Origin: Chloroflexota bacterium
GTDB taxonomy: Bacteria > Chloroflexota > UBA11872 > VXOZ01
Reading direction: 5' to 3'
NCBI GenBank assembly: GCA_012270555.1
Contig: JAAXIC010000014.1
Span: forward strand, 1,200 to 65,199
Length of the DNA: 64,000 nt
A model generated the notes under the pieces. It saw only the letters and a list, made by a program, of their open reading frames with translations. It was not told the DNA's origin and ran no database searches. Shown here one piece after another: positions 1 to 10,787 of this stretch; positions within the stretch are counted from its first letter, which is position 1; each line of letters opens with the position of its first letter. The position numbers and the translations under genes are program-made.

Positions 1-1302
1 GGCACTGCCACAATGCCCGCAGCGCCGGAGCAAGGTGAGGGAGAAGCCGAGGCTAAGCCGGCTGCTGAAGCAGCTCCCGAGCCGGAGGCCGTAGAACTCA
101 AGGCCATTACCCACGCCCAGGTAGTGTTTGATGACAATGGGCGCGTCAATGAGGCGTACCGCGCCGAGTTCGGCGATCGCGTCAATGTGAGTACCGACAT
201 CTCCCCCAATCAGAGCGAGATGCAGAACAATCTCAAGATCGCGCACGCCGCGGGCTCTGTACCCTATGACCTCATGTGGATTAATGCCCCCGCCATCATG
301 TCCTTTGCCGCGTTGGGCATGCTCACTGAGCTGGACCCGTACATTGCCCGCGACGGCATCGACATGGGAGACATATTCGCTCCCTATGCGCTTGATATCT
401 ACACGGTGTTCGGCAAGTTCTGGGGCATGCCGAAGAACCAGGCGACCGTCGGCATGTTCTACAACGTCGACCACTTCGAACAGGCCGGCATAGACGTGCC
501 GGCAGGCGACTGGAACTGGGAAGACTGGCTCGATCTCGCTGAACAACTCACCGTGCGCCAGGGTGACAAGGTGGAGCGATGGGGCACGCTGGTGGGTCCG
601 TGGGGGCAAACCCAGGGCTTCAACTGGATTGTCATCAACGGCGGCGAGATTCTTAGCGAGGACAAGACCCACTTGCGGTTTGGCGAGCCCCCCGGACTGG
701 ATGCCCTCAAGTGGGTGCACGATCTCGTCTACAAGTATCGGGTGGCGCCCACGTACGAGGAAACGTCCGCGTTGGGTGGGGCCTTCACGATGTTTTCGAC
801 GGGTTCGTTGGCGCTCATGCCGAGCGGCTCGTTCCTCTTTGGCCGCCCGCAAATGGCGGAGTTCCGTTGGCACGCGCAGGTGCTGCCCGTAAGCGTGCGG
901 CCGGCCAGTGTCATTCACGCCGGCGCTATGGCGGTGCTCAATCCCATCGAGCATCCCGACGAGGCCTGGGAGTTCATCAAGCACTCCACCACCTCCGAAG
1001 TGGGCGAGCAGTCGACGGCGGTGTGGAACTTGCCCGCCACGTGGCGTGGCGCGGCCAACTGGGCGAGACTCAGCGACTACCCCGAACCGGCCAAGATCTT
1101 CGTGGATTCCATGGAAATCGGCTATCCCTACCCCTATTCATTCTTTACGATTGAATGGATAGTGGCGGTGAGGGATGAGTTGAACAAAGGCTGGCTGAAT
1201 GAGGTTGGCATGGAGGAAGCGGTTGCTACGGCCGTGAAAGCCGGCAACCTCGTGCTGGAGAAAGAGCAAGAAGAACTGAAACGTCTCGGAATCTTGAAGT
1301 AG
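1..1302 (+). CDS. Sugar ABC transporter extracellular solute-binding protein (family 1), probably 5'-truncated by the window edge
   Basis: MFYNVDHFEQAG, WNWEDW and HPDEAWEFIK motifs of family 1 SBPs; Ala/Pro/Glu-rich N-terminal linker; no signal peptide visible, so the start probably lies upstream. Confidence 0.85.
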   Translation, partial: GTATMPAAPEQGEGEAEAKPAAEAAPEPEAVELKAITHAQVVFDDNGRVNEAYRAEFGDRVNVSTDISPNQSEMQNNLKIAHAAGSVPYDLMWINAPAIMSFAALGMLTELDPYIARDGIDMGDIFAPYALDIYTVFGKFWGMPKNQATVGMFYNVDHFEQAGIDVPAGDWNWEDWLDLAEQLTVRQGDKVERWGTLVGPWGQTQGFNWIVINGGEILSEDKTHLRFGEPPGLDALKWVHDLVYKYRVAPTYEETSALGGAFTMFSTGSLALMPSGSFLFGRPQMAEFRWHAQVLPVSVRPASVIHAGAMAVLNPIEHPDEAWEFIKHSTTSEVGEQSTAVWNLPATWRGAANWARLSDYPEPAKIFVDSMEIGYPYPYSFFTIEWIVAVRDELNKGWLNEVGMEEAVATAVKAGNLVLEKEQEELKRLGILK

Positions 1303-1524
1303 GGGCTTGTAGCGGTCAGTGTGCTAAGGAGGGCTTGTTCGGCAGTCACCGCACGTACGGCCGCTTGGAGAAGTGGTGCGGTTGCACTGTACGCCCTCTT
1401 TGGTCACGTCCTGAATAGTCCGGCCGAACACTGGGAATAGAATCGTCACGCGCAACTCATCACGAATGCCGGGTCTGCGCCAACGCGGCTCCGGCGTTCG
1501 TGATTCTTGAGAAAGGAAACATGT

Positions 1525-3828
1525 ATGAACGACCGCCGCTATATGTTGTTTGAACCCACGGAATTCGCCTACAGCGAGCAGAAGGTCGCTTTTCGGGGAC
1601 AGCACTACCAGCGCTCGGTGGCCGACCTCACCCTGCAGACGCGCGGCTGGAACGTGGATCGTCCCTACGGCCTATGGCTGGGTGTCTCGCCGCACTCGTC
1701 AGAAGAACGCTACGTGGAAGTTGAGCTAGACGGCAAGAGCGGCCGGGTGCGGTTGGACCCGCAGGTGCGGCCGGAAACCGTGTGGACGCGGGTCGCCACG
1801 GTTTCCTTGCGTGACACTTTCCTGCAAATGCGCGTCTCCACGCCGGAGGCCACGCTGCGGGGTTTCGACGGCGTCATTCTCAGCGATGACCTGGGACTGA
1901 ATGTGCCGGCGTCGGTGCGCACTGAAGCCGATCTGCACGCCCTGTTCAGCGATCCCAGCGGCTTCAGCGAACTGACGCCGAATCGGGTAGTCTCTTGCTC
2001 GCGCCACGAGTTTCGCATGACCTACACCGTGGGCAAAGAGGGTATTGCCGTGGGCGGCGGCATTCTGGCGTTCGTGGAAGGCTCGCTGTGGCGTGAGACC
2101 CATACGCCACAGACGGAAGACCCGACCGCACCGGGCTACGTGACGGTTTCGCATGAAGGCAGTGGATGTGTTGACATAACTGAGATTGTCGATCCGGTTA
2201 CGGGTCTGCACGATCGCGAACTCGGCATTCGCGTCACCGTGTCTGAGGCCCCGCTGCAGCCGGGCGATACTATTACGCTGGTCTTTGGCGATCGCAGCGG
2301 GGGCGGTCCCGGCGCGCAGGCGAATGTAGTCTGCTGGACGTATACCCACAATTACAAGCGCGCGTGGTGGCACCGCATGCCGGTGCTCACGGTTTGGGTG
2401 GATGCCCGCGCCAACGAGACGTTTCTGCCGTTGGAGCGCGACCATGCCCATTCGTTTACGGTGGTTCCCGATGAGCCCGCCAAGCTTTTCGTTACGGCAA
2501 AGGCCCACGCCCAGGTCGGCGTGCCCCATGATCTGAACATAGCAGTGATGGATCAATTCCAGGCGCTGGTGCAGCCCGCGTACACCGGTGTCGTGCGCTT
2601 CGCGTGCGACCGGGAGGACGTAGACCTTCCTGGTCCGGTTCACTTGCGGGAAGGTGACGGCAGCCATTGCCGCGTTACCTGGGTGCCTCAGGGCGAGGGC
2701 ACCTACGTCATCACTGCCGAGACCGGCGATGGCCTGACCGGTACGTCGAACCCGGTTGTGAGCGCGTCCGAGATGCCGGAACACCGCGTGTACTTTGGCG
2801 ACATTCATTCGCACTCGCTCTATTCCGGTGACGCGGTGGGCGAGATCGAGGCCCAGTACGAGCACGGCCGCGACGTGGCGAATCTCGATTTCATGTGCGC
2901 CTCAGAGCACGCCGAGTACGAGACCGACAACCAGTGGGTTGCCAACCAGATTCTGGTGCAGCGCTACCACCAGCCGGGCGAATTCGTGCCGATCAGCGGT
3001 TTTGAATGGGCATATTCGGATGTGGATGGTGAAGGGCACGGTCTCGGGCACCGCAACGTGTATAGCGAAAATGACTACCACCAGTTACTGCGCGGCAGCG
3101 CAGTCGCTACCGCGAATCTGGAGCGCCTGTGGCACCATCTTGAAGGGCGCGAGGACGTGCTGGCATTCGGCCACCATCCTTTGATGGTGCTTCGCTGGCA
3201 CCAGCACAATCCCAAGTACGAGCGGTTGCTGGAGATGTACTCGGGCTGGGGCAATTCTGAGATTCGCGGCAATCCAGAGCAACCATGGGGTGGCCAGAGA
3301 GGAATGTCGTTACAGGAAGTACTGGCGATGGAGGCGCGCGTGGGCGTGATCGCCGGCAGCGACAACCACGACGCCCGGCCCGGTTACGCCGGCGCCGGCG
3401 AGCAGTTCAGCAAGTCGGTGGCCGACGTCCTCTGGAAGCCGTCGGGACTGGCGGTGGTGTGGGCCACCGGCCTCACGCGCCAGGAAATCTTCGAGGCGTG
3501 GCGGGCACGGCGCACGTACGGCACGTCAGGCCAGCGCATATTGCTGTCATTCAAGGTGAACGGCCATTGGATGGGGTCGGACATCGCGCTTGCGGCCAAT
3601 GATGCGCGGCGGCTCGTGGTGAACGTCATCGGCACCGCACCGCTCGCCAATGTCGACGTTGTCAAGAACAACGAAGATGTCCACACGTGGCAGAATCCCG
3701 AGCAGGGCGTTGACCTGGTATGGGAAGACTCCAGCGCAGCGAGCACGGGGGATTTCTACTACATCCGCGTAACGCAAGCGGATGAGGAAATGGCGTGGTC
3801 AAGTCCGGTGTGGTTAGATGTGACGTAA
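1525..3828 (+). CDS. PHP-like metallohydrolase (CehA/McbA/DUF3604-type) with N-terminal beta-sandwich domains
   Basis: GDIHSHS, DFMCASEH, GFEW, GHRNV, GSDNHD and C-terminal AWSSPVW motifs; ATG 1525 follows AAAGGA. Confidence 0.75.
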   Translation: MNDRRYMLFEPTEFAYSEQKVAFRGQHYQRSVADLTLQTRGWNVDRPYGLWLGVSPHSSEERYVEVELDGKSGRVRLDPQVRPETVWTRVATVSLRDTFLQMRVSTPEATLRGFDGVILSDDLGLNVPASVRTEADLHALFSDPSGFSELTPNRVVSCSRHEFRMTYTVGKEGIAVGGGILAFVEGSLWRETHTPQTEDPTAPGYVTVSHEGSGCVDITEIVDPVTGLHDRELGIRVTVSEAPLQPGDTITLVFGDRSGGGPGAQANVVCWTYTHNYKRAWWHRMPVLTVWVDARANETFLPLERDHAHSFTVVPDEPAKLFVTAKAHAQVGVPHDLNIAVMDQFQALVQPAYTGVVRFACDREDVDLPGPVHLREGDGSHCRVTWVPQGEGTYVITAETGDGLTGTSNPVVSASEMPEHRVYFGDIHSHSLYSGDAVGEIEAQYEHGRDVANLDFMCASEHAEYETDNQWVANQILVQRYHQPGEFVPISGFEWAYSDVDGEGHGLGHRNVYSENDYHQLLRGSAVATANLERLWHHLEGREDVLAFGHHPLMVLRWHQHNPKYERLLEMYSGWGNSEIRGNPEQPWGGQRGMSLQEVLAMEARVGVIAGSDNHDARPGYAGAGEQFSKSVADVLWKPSGLAVVWATGLTRQEIFEAWRARRTYGTSGQRILLSFKVNGHWMGSDIALAANDARRLVVNVIGTAPLANVDVVKNNEDVHTWQNPEQGVDLVWEDSSAASTGDFYYIRVTQADEEMAWSSPVWLDVT

Positions 3829-3922
3829 TTGGAGAGTTGACCTAGCCAGCAGCCTCTCTTCACCGTCCTGCGCAGCAATAAACTTGGCCGTCAATCGCTG
3901 CGACAGAGCCAATGTGGAGCAT

Positions 3923-3958
3923 CCCCCTCTCCTGGGGGAGAGGGCTAGGGTGAGGGGG
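3923..3958. repeat. Intergenic palindromic repeat, family A (CCCTCTCC..GGGAGAGGG..GGGTGAGGGG)
   Basis: Same motif recurs at 16587-16620, 37583-37612, 37657-37691 and 40595-40627. Confidence 0.8.
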
Positions 3959-4103
3959 AGTCTTCGATGTTGTCTAATCCAACCTATTGACTGTGACTTG
4001 CATAGCACTTCCTAGGCAGCGAACATTGTCTGTTGCAAGCGGGCTATCGATCGATAGTGTAGGCTCACTTTAGATTCGCAAAACCTCATAAGGAAATAGG
4101 ACC

Positions 4104-4781
4104 ATGGCAAATCCCGTTCTCCCTCCGCTTCCTACCTACACCTGCCGCCGGGCAACTTCCCCAATCACAATAGACGGCGCGCTCGACGAAGCGGCATGGG
4201 AACAGGCCGAGCAGATGCAGCTCGTCGAGACAGTCACCGGTGACGAGCCGCGCTATCCCACCGTCGTGCGGGCGCTTTGGGACGATACCTATCTCTACGT
4301 GGGCTTTGAAGCGGAAGACCCCTACATCTGGGGCACCCTCAAGGAGCGGGATAAACCCTTGTGGGATGAAGAGGTGGTGGAGGTATTTCTGGACGATGAC
4401 AGCGATGAGTGGTCTTTCTTAGAATTCGAAGTCAGCCCGAATAACGTCATCGTAGACCTCGCCGTCTTCCGGCGCGGCGGCAAGAGCCACGAACTCTTCT
4501 GCTGGGACTGCCCGGACTTGCAAACCGCCGTGCAGGTGGACGGCAAGGTGAACTCTTTCGACGGCACCGATACCGCGTGGACCACCGAAATCGCGATCCC
4601 CTTCGACCAGTGCATGACCGCGCCCCACATTCCACCGCGAAACGGCGACCGCTGGCGCGCCAACTTCTACCGCATCGACCGCGCACACGATGCCGACGAG
4701 TACAGCGCCTGGTCCCCCACCGGCGAAATCCAGTTCCACATGCCAAACCGGTTTGGGTACGTGGTGTTTAGTGAGACATAG
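4104..4781 (+). CDS. Carbohydrate-binding family 9-like (DOMON/CBM9) protein
   Basis: IDGALDEAAW, LWDDTYLYVGF, EVVEVFLD, WTTEIAIPF, WRANFYRID and FHMP motifs. Confidence 0.8.
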   Translation: MANPVLPPLPTYTCRRATSPITIDGALDEAAWEQAEQMQLVETVTGDEPRYPTVVRALWDDTYLYVGFEAEDPYIWGTLKERDKPLWDEEVVEVFLDDDSDEWSFLEFEVSPNNVIVDLAVFRRGGKSHELFCWDCPDLQTAVQVDGKVNSFDGTDTAWTTEIAIPFDQCMTAPHIPPRNGDRWRANFYRIDRAHDADEYSAWSPTGEIQFHMPNRFGYVVFSET

Positions 4782-4946
4782 GAACCTCTTTGGCATTCGC
4801 CTTCACGTCATTCCACCAATTGGCCCAAGAGAACGAAGTGCGATGATTGAAGATACCGAATGTTTCACAGACACTTCTCTAACGCGATTGTCGGTCTGCA
4901 GCAAATGCAACTTTTCTGGCAATAACCTGTCGCAGGTACTCTTGCG

Positions 4947-6176
4947 ATGAGGCGTTTGCCTGCATACCCTCTGTCCATCGGCATGTCGGCCGTTGAGGGG
5001 ATCGCAATCGCGACCGTCATCACCACGAGTCTCGTGTACCAGGTCGAGACCGTCGGCCTCAACGCACTCCAGCTTGTGCTGGTTGGAACGGTGCTTGAGA
5101 CTACCGTCTTCATCTTCGAAATCCCGACCGGCGTCGTCGCCGACATCTACAGCCGCCGCCTCTCAATTTTAATCGGTCTGACTCTTGTCGGCGTTGCCTT
5201 CATCCTTGCAGGCTCCATCCCGCTCTTCGCCACGCTGCTTGCGGCACAGGTTGTATGGGGGCTTGGGATGACCTTTGGCAGTGGGGCCAGGACAGCGTGG
5301 CTGGCCGACGAAGTCGGCGCCGAACGGCTGCCGCACGCACTCCTGCGTGGTTCGCAGGCCGGCCTTGTCGGCGGGCTGGCGGGTGTGTCGCTATCCGTCG
5401 CCCTTGCCAGTGTTGATCGCAGCTTGCCGCTCATCGTTGGGGGCTGCATGTACCTCGCTCTCGCCGTGTTCTGTGCGTTCACCATGACCGAGCAGGGATT
5501 TCGGCCTGTGCCTGCCCATGAGCGCGAGACCTTCAAGGACATGGCGCGCACGCTGCGGCAAGCGCTGCAGATAGTCCGCCGGCGGCGGGTCCTGATCCTC
5601 ATTGTTATGGTGCCGTTCCTGTTTGGCGCCGCGAGTGAAGTCCCGGATCGCCTCAGTACGCCGTTCCTTCTGCAGACGATCACGCTGCCGTCCCTCGGAT
5701 CCTTGGATCCTGTCGCCTGGTTTGGCCTGAGCAGCTATATCTCAATGGGGCTCGGCTTTATTCTGCTGGAAGTCGTCAGGCGCACGGTGGATACCGCCAG
5801 AGATCGGGCTGTGGCGCGCGCGCTCATGGTGCTTCAGGCCCTCTACACCGGCAGCTTAGTTGCCTTTGGCCTCGCGACCACTCTACCCCTCGCCATGGCA
5901 ATGTTCTGGGCGCGAGGCCCTCTGCGACACGCCAGCGATCCGCTGCTGAGCGCTTGGCAAAACCGCTTCGTGCCCTCGCGTGTGCGCGCGACGGTCTTGT
6001 CCTTTGGAGGGCAGACGGATGCCGTGGGCCAGATGATCGGCGGCCCGCTCTTGGGAGCCGTCGCGCTTGGACTGTCGCTGCGCGTGGGTTTTCTGGCAGC
6101 CGCCGCGGTGTTGCTCCCGGTGGTGATCGTGTTCGCGCTGCTGGGACGGCCGCAGAGGGAGTCATCGGCTGATTAG
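4947..6176 (+). CDS. MFS transporter (TetA(P)-like subfamily)
   Basis: About 12 hydrophobic segments; FEIPTGVVADIYSRRLS motif A. Confidence 0.8.
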   Translation: MRRLPAYPLSIGMSAVEGIAIATVITTSLVYQVETVGLNALQLVLVGTVLETTVFIFEIPTGVVADIYSRRLSILIGLTLVGVAFILAGSIPLFATLLAAQVVWGLGMTFGSGARTAWLADEVGAERLPHALLRGSQAGLVGGLAGVSLSVALASVDRSLPLIVGGCMYLALAVFCAFTMTEQGFRPVPAHERETFKDMARTLRQALQIVRRRRVLILIVMVPFLFGAASEVPDRLSTPFLLQTITLPSLGSLDPVAWFGLSSYISMGLGFILLEVVRRTVDTARDRAVARALMVLQALYTGSLVAFGLATTLPLAMAMFWARGPLRHASDPLLSAWQNRFVPSRVRATVLSFGGQTDAVGQMIGGPLLGAVALGLSLRVGFLAAAAVLLPVVIVFALLGRPQRESSAD

Positions 6177-6254
6177 AGGAAGATTGGCGACCCAGTCACT
6201 AAGTGGCGACGTTTTGTAAGCTCACCATCGGCCTACGCTGGTTGGAGTATCGGC

Positions 6255-6833
6255 TCAAACGCTTTCGAGAATTGTACCCAGGTGGTACGCCGGTAGCGAA
6301 AGCACGACGAAAGACGGTAAGTCCAGGCGCTTCCACAAGGGAAACGGCTGGAGTCCACATGCCCGGGCCACGAAGAGCGTGATTACAGTACCGTGTGCTA
6401 CAACTGCGATTGTGTGTTCCGGATATTGCTTGATTACAGTGGACACGGCGTTGGAAAATCTTGCGTGAGCGTTGTCGGCAGTCTCTTGACCGAAGACGAG
6501 AGTTTGAGCATTCGCAAAGAACAGCGCAACGCGATTGTCGAATTGCTCTTTGGTGGGAAAGTATCCTTCATTGCTTCTATCATGCTCATGCAGGTTTGGC
6601 GCTGTTGCGCAGTGCGTGTCGAGTATTTTGGCTACAATCTCTCCGGTTTCTTGGGCTTTCGGTTCATTGCTAGTTACGAATACCTCAGGTGAATACACCT
6701 CTAGTTGCGCTGCGAGTTGTTCACAACGTTGTCGTCCCATTGGAGACAGATGCCACTGGTTCGCCGGTATGCTAGGAACTATCTCCGGAAGAGAGTGTTT
6801 TATGAGGATTAGGTGGTTCTCTTGCTGCGGCAA
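6255..6833 (-). CDS. Histidine phosphatase family protein
   Basis: LIKHS (variant of RHG), TSNEPKAQET, LHEH and VVAHG motifs. Confidence 0.75.
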   Translation of the reverse strand: MPQQENHLILIKHSLPEIVPSIPANQWHLSPMGRQRCEQLAAQLEVYSPEVFVTSNEPKAQETGEIVAKILDTHCATAPNLHEHDRSNEGYFPTKEQFDNRVALFFANAQTLVFGQETADNAHARFSNAVSTVIKQYPEHTIAVVAHGTVITLFVARACGLQPFPLWKRLDLPSFVVLSLPAYHLGTILESV

Positions 6834-6966
6834 CGTTTGATACTCTCACTGGTCAGGTTGTTTCTCTACGCTGCATTCTAAGCGAGCATTGATAGGTATA
6901 CAATCGTGGATGAGATGATTGGCGGCCACTTGGGCTAAAGACGGATCTGGCGACAAGGAGCTAGCG

Positions 6967-8238
6967 ATGCCGGGTAATCAAGAAGAGCTTGCGCAATCTG
7001 GCGGGACGCCAGCAGTAAATGAAGGGTCTGTGCAGCCGTGGCCGCATGTGGCAGCGGTGGACAAAGAAGCCGTGATGGGTGTGTTGGAGCGCGGCGTGCT
7101 GTGGGGAGCGGCGGCGCCGGAAGCGACGGCGCTGCAAGAGGAATGGGCGGCATACGTGGGCGCGCGTCACTGTTTGGTGACGAACAGCGGCACGGCGGCC
7201 TTGCACATGGCCGTAGCCGCGGCGGGCGTGCAGCCGGGCGATGAGGTCATCACCACGCCCATGTCCTGGTCGTCCACGGCCACGTGCATTCTCCACCACA
7301 ACGCGATTCCGGTCTTTGCCGACATCGATCCGGCAACCTATACGCTGGACCCGCAGCAGGTCGAGGCTAAGATCACGCCGCGCACCCGCGCCATCCTGCC
7401 GGTGCATCTTTACGGCCTGCCGGCTGACATGGACGGCATCATGGCGGTGGCGGAGAAGCACGGGCTGCAGGTGATCGAGGACTGCTGTCAGGCGCAGGCG
7501 GCGACGTACAGAGGGCGTATGGTTGGCACGCTGGGCCACGTCGGCGCGTTCAGCTTCAACGGCAATAAGAACCTGCCCGGCGGCGAGGGCGGCGCGCTGG
7601 TGACCGACGACGAGGAAGCCTGGGATATGGCGGCGCGGGTGCAGCAGTTTGGCGAGCGGCGGCGCAGCGACGGCGAGCGCGAGTACAACGTCTACGGCAT
7701 GGGCTGGATGTATCGCGGCACCGAGATGACCAACGCCTTCATCCGCTCCCAACTAACTCGCATCGACGAAACCACGGCGCACATCCAAGCGAACGCCGCC
7801 TATCTGGATGAACACCTGGCGGGTATTCCGGGACTGCGCTTGCCGCACGTGCCGTCCGGCCGCACCCACGTCTACTTTCGTTACGTGGCGGAGTTCGCGC
7901 CGGAAGAGGTCGGTCTGGACGTCGAACCGGGACCCGCTAGTGAAAAGGTCCGTGAGGCGCTGCGGGCGGAAGGTGTCGGCCTCGGCCGCGCGGAGTTCCT
8001 GCTGCCGCGCATGACGCTCTTTCAGGAGCAGGAAGGCTACGGTCGGGGCTGTCCCTGGGAGTGTTGCTACGATGGCACGATTGCATACCGTCCGGAAGAC
8101 TACCCGCATGCTGCCAACGCGGTGGATAGGGTCATTCCGCTGATGGGATTAACGCCGCCAAATGACGAAACGCTGATGGCGGGGTACGTAGGGGCATTTG
8201 AGAAGGTCTTTGGTCAGCTTGAGCGGGTTGTGGCTTGA
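6967..8238 (+). CDS. DegT/DnrJ/EryC1/StrS family PLP-dependent aminotransferase
   Basis: NSGTAALH, PVHLYG, IEDCCQA and FSFNGNKNLPGGEGG (PLP Lys); AAGGAG RBS before ATG 6967. Confidence 0.9.
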   Translation: MPGNQEELAQSGGTPAVNEGSVQPWPHVAAVDKEAVMGVLERGVLWGAAAPEATALQEEWAAYVGARHCLVTNSGTAALHMAVAAAGVQPGDEVITTPMSWSSTATCILHHNAIPVFADIDPATYTLDPQQVEAKITPRTRAILPVHLYGLPADMDGIMAVAEKHGLQVIEDCCQAQAATYRGRMVGTLGHVGAFSFNGNKNLPGGEGGALVTDDEEAWDMAARVQQFGERRRSDGEREYNVYGMGWMYRGTEMTNAFIRSQLTRIDETTAHIQANAAYLDEHLAGIPGLRLPHVPSGRTHVYFRYVAEFAPEEVGLDVEPGPASEKVREALRAEGVGLGRAEFLLPRMTLFQEQEGYGRGCPWECCYDGTIAYRPEDYPHAANAVDRVIPLMGLTPPNDETLMAGYVGAFEKVFGQLERVVA

Positions 8239-8300
8239 CAAGAGTGCTTGAGGGACTCGGATCCCTAGCACTTCTACCTATGCCAAGCGACGCCGTCCAT

Positions 8301-8325
8301 GCTTCGACAGGCTCAGCACGAACGG
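8301..8325. repeat. Intergenic repeat, family B (CTTCGACAGGCTCAG..CGAACGG)
   Basis: Related copies at 9532-9633, 16738-16825 and 18536-18726. Confidence 0.7.
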
Positions 8326-8404
8326 CTTGCTAGCCAAATGGCCACTCTCTAAGCAGCCATTTGCTGTTCACGCGGGCGCCCAACAAGAAGCGTTCCGGGA
8401 GCAA

Positions 8405-9415
8405 TTAGCGATCTCCTACCAGACTGATTGGCTTGCCGCTGGCGGCTGAGCGCTGGGCCGCATCCACCACGCGCACCGCTTCATGCGCGTGCTTTAACTT
8501 GACGGCCGGCTCCGCGCCGGTGCGCAGACAGTCCACGAAGTGCTTGACCTCATGAAAGATGGCGCCGACGTAGTCCGCTCCCAACGTCGGGCCGTACCAG
8601 GTGTCGTGGGTCTCAACCTGCTCGCCGGAAATCGTGAGGCTCGTGGCCGGTGCGCAATCGATGCGGATCATGCCTTTGGTGCCGACGGCGTCGAGGCGCG
8701 CGTCCAGCGCCCGGAAGTCTTGGGCGGGCAGCGTCCATGCGTGCTCAAAGCTGGCAACGGCGCCGGAGGCGAATTTCACAAGGGTAAAGACCGCGTCGTC
8801 GATGCCGAGATCAGTCGCTAGCACCTGGTGGGACTCCGCCGTAACGCGCACCACCGGTTCGTCTACCATCGAGAGCACGTACTCGATGTCGTGAATGCCG
8901 AGGAATTGCAGCACGGTTGTGTTGCCCTCGAACTTTTCGGCGCTGTCGATGGGATTGTTGCGGCGGGCGTAGACGTGAATGACGTCGCCGATTGCGCCGC
9001 GCCGGAAGTCTTCCAGCGGCATGGCGTAGCGGGGATCGAAGTGGAGGGTGTGCCCCACCAGCAGCGTGATCCCGGCGCGCTTTACGGCGGCGACCATGTC
9101 GTCGGCGTCGGCAACCGCGATGGCGAGCGGCTTCTCAAGCAGGATGTGTTTGCCGGCCGCCGCCGCTGCGATCACGGCGTCACGATGATCCCAGTCCGGC
9201 AGGCAGATGCTCACCGCCTGAATGTCTTCGCGTTCGAGTAGCTGCCGCCAGTCGGCGTATACGTCCGCGCCGGCCGGGTCGGCGGCTGCGTGCGCCGCCT
9301 GTGCATTCAAATCGGCAACGGCCCGCAGTTGCACTTCGGGAAGCTGCCGGTAGACGTTAGCGTGCCGTTGTCCCATCTGTCCGGCGGCAATGACGCCGAT
9401 GCCGATTTGTTCCAT
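8405..9415 (-). CDS. Gfo/Idh/MocA family oxidoreductase
   Basis: Rossmann N-terminus, GKHILLEKP, GIHDIE. Confidence 0.9.
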   Translation of the reverse strand: MEQIGIGVIAAGQMGQRHANVYRQLPEVQLRAVADLNAQAAHAAADPAGADVYADWRQLLEREDIQAVSICLPDWDHRDAVIAAAAAGKHILLEKPLAIAVADADDMVAAVKRAGITLLVGHTLHFDPRYAMPLEDFRRGAIGDVIHVYARRNNPIDSAEKFEGNTTVLQFLGIHDIEYVLSMVDEPVVRVTAESHQVLATDLGIDDAVFTLVKFASGAVASFEHAWTLPAQDFRALDARLDAVGTKGMIRIDCAPATSLTISGEQVETHDTWYGPTLGADYVGAIFHEVKHFVDCLRTGAEPAVKLKHAHEAVRVVDAAQRSAASGKPISLVGDR

Positions 9416-9531
9416 TTCCCTATTCTCCCATTAGATGAAATAAGGGCATGTAAACACGCCCCATGTGGCTTGCAATTTAGCTGCTTATACTCTCGAACTC
9501 ATCTCATTGATGCCTCGCTCCGCGCAGGTGT

Positions 9532-9633
9532 GCCCTTCGACAGGCTTTGGGCGAACGGAAGAGGTGAAGATTTGTTCGTGCTGAGTGCTGCGCGAAGCCT
9601 GGGCTTTATGAAGCCGTCGTCGAAGCACGAAAC
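9532..9633. repeat. Intergenic repeat, family B, inverted pair
   Basis: CCCTTCGACAGGC..GGGCGAACGG followed by GTTCGTGCTGAG...GTCGAAGCACGAA. Confidence 0.75.
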
Positions 9634-9735
9634 GGCATGACGAATCTACTTATGAGATAGTTTCTATTGACCGTGTTTACCCTTTGCATTAGTTAGTCGC
9701 TGCCTGGACCCAATCTAGACGGAGCGGTCCACCTT

Positions 9736-10767
9736 CTACATCTGCTCCGCGATCAAGTCGGCAGGTTTCACCGGCTGGCCGGTCTCGATAGACCGCTCGG
9801 CCGCTTCGATCATAGCCACCACGGCTAAGCCGTCGCGTGCCGGTATCGCCGGTTCACCGCCGTCCAGCACGCAGTCCACCATGTTACGCATCGAATTGCC
9901 CCATGAGTCGTCGGTCTTGAAATACGACCACATCTTGGGCCGAATGGTGAGTTGGCGTTCTTCAGTATCCAGCGAAAACCCGCGATTGGAGCGGTCCAGC
10001 GTAACCTTGCCGGCAGTGCCGTAGAGCGAGAGATACTGCTCGACAATGGCCGGATAGCCTTCCGGCACGATCCAGGAAGTCTCGAACGTGATTGTGCAAT
10101 TCTCGAACTCCACCATCGCCTGCACGAAGTCGTACGCATCCACGCCCTTCTGCGGCAGCAAGCGCTTCTCGCCGCGGGCATAGACGCTTACAGCTTCTTG
10201 CCCGATGATCCAGCGCATGTAGTCCATGGTATGGGGAAAGAGGAACCAGTGCGGGCCGGATTGGCTGCCCCACGAGAGCATTTGGGTGGGCACCCACACG
10301 GTGTCGGAGAGGCGCGAGAAGCCAAAGACCGGCTCGCCGATTTCGCCGCTCTGCACGCAATCGCGCAGTTCTTGGATGTCGTTGACCCAGCGATTGCCGA
10401 GGCTCACGCTGAAGAGGCGGTTATTGCGTTCGGCGGCTTGCACCATGGCTACCGCGTCGGCAACGGTGGTGGCCAGCGGTTTTTCGACGAGCACGTGCTT
10501 GCCGGCTTCCAGCATGGTGACGACCGCGTCGCGATGGGCGAAATCGGGCGTAGCCACGCTGACAAGGGCAACGTCGGAGGCTGCAATGGCATCAAGGTCT
10601 GGCGCAGTTTGGCATCCCAGGCGGTCTGCCACCGTTTGCGCGCGCTCAGGGTTAGCGTCAAAGACGAATTCGAGGCTGGCGCGGTCGTACGCCGCGTAAA
10701 CATCGGCATGCTGCTCGCCAATCAGGCCCACGCCGACAACGGCAGTGCTCAGGCGGTCACCTGCCAT
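9736..10767 (-). CDS. Gfo/Idh/MocA family oxidoreductase
   Basis: VVGVGLIG, GKHVLVEKPLA. Confidence 0.9.
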   Translation of the reverse strand: MAGDRLSTAVVGVGLIGEQHADVYAAYDRASLEFVFDANPERAQTVADRLGCQTAPDLDAIAASDVALVSVATPDFAHRDAVVTMLEAGKHVLVEKPLATTVADAVAMVQAAERNNRLFSVSLGNRWVNDIQELRDCVQSGEIGEPVFGFSRLSDTVWVPTQMLSWGSQSGPHWFLFPHTMDYMRWIIGQEAVSVYARGEKRLLPQKGVDAYDFVQAMVEFENCTITFETSWIVPEGYPAIVEQYLSLYGTAGKVTLDRSNRGFSLDTEERQLTIRPKMWSYFKTDDSWGNSMRNMVDCVLDGGEPAIPARDGLAVVAMIEAAERSIETGQPVKPADLIAEQM

Positions 10768-10787
10768 GGCTGTCCCCCTAGGCGACG

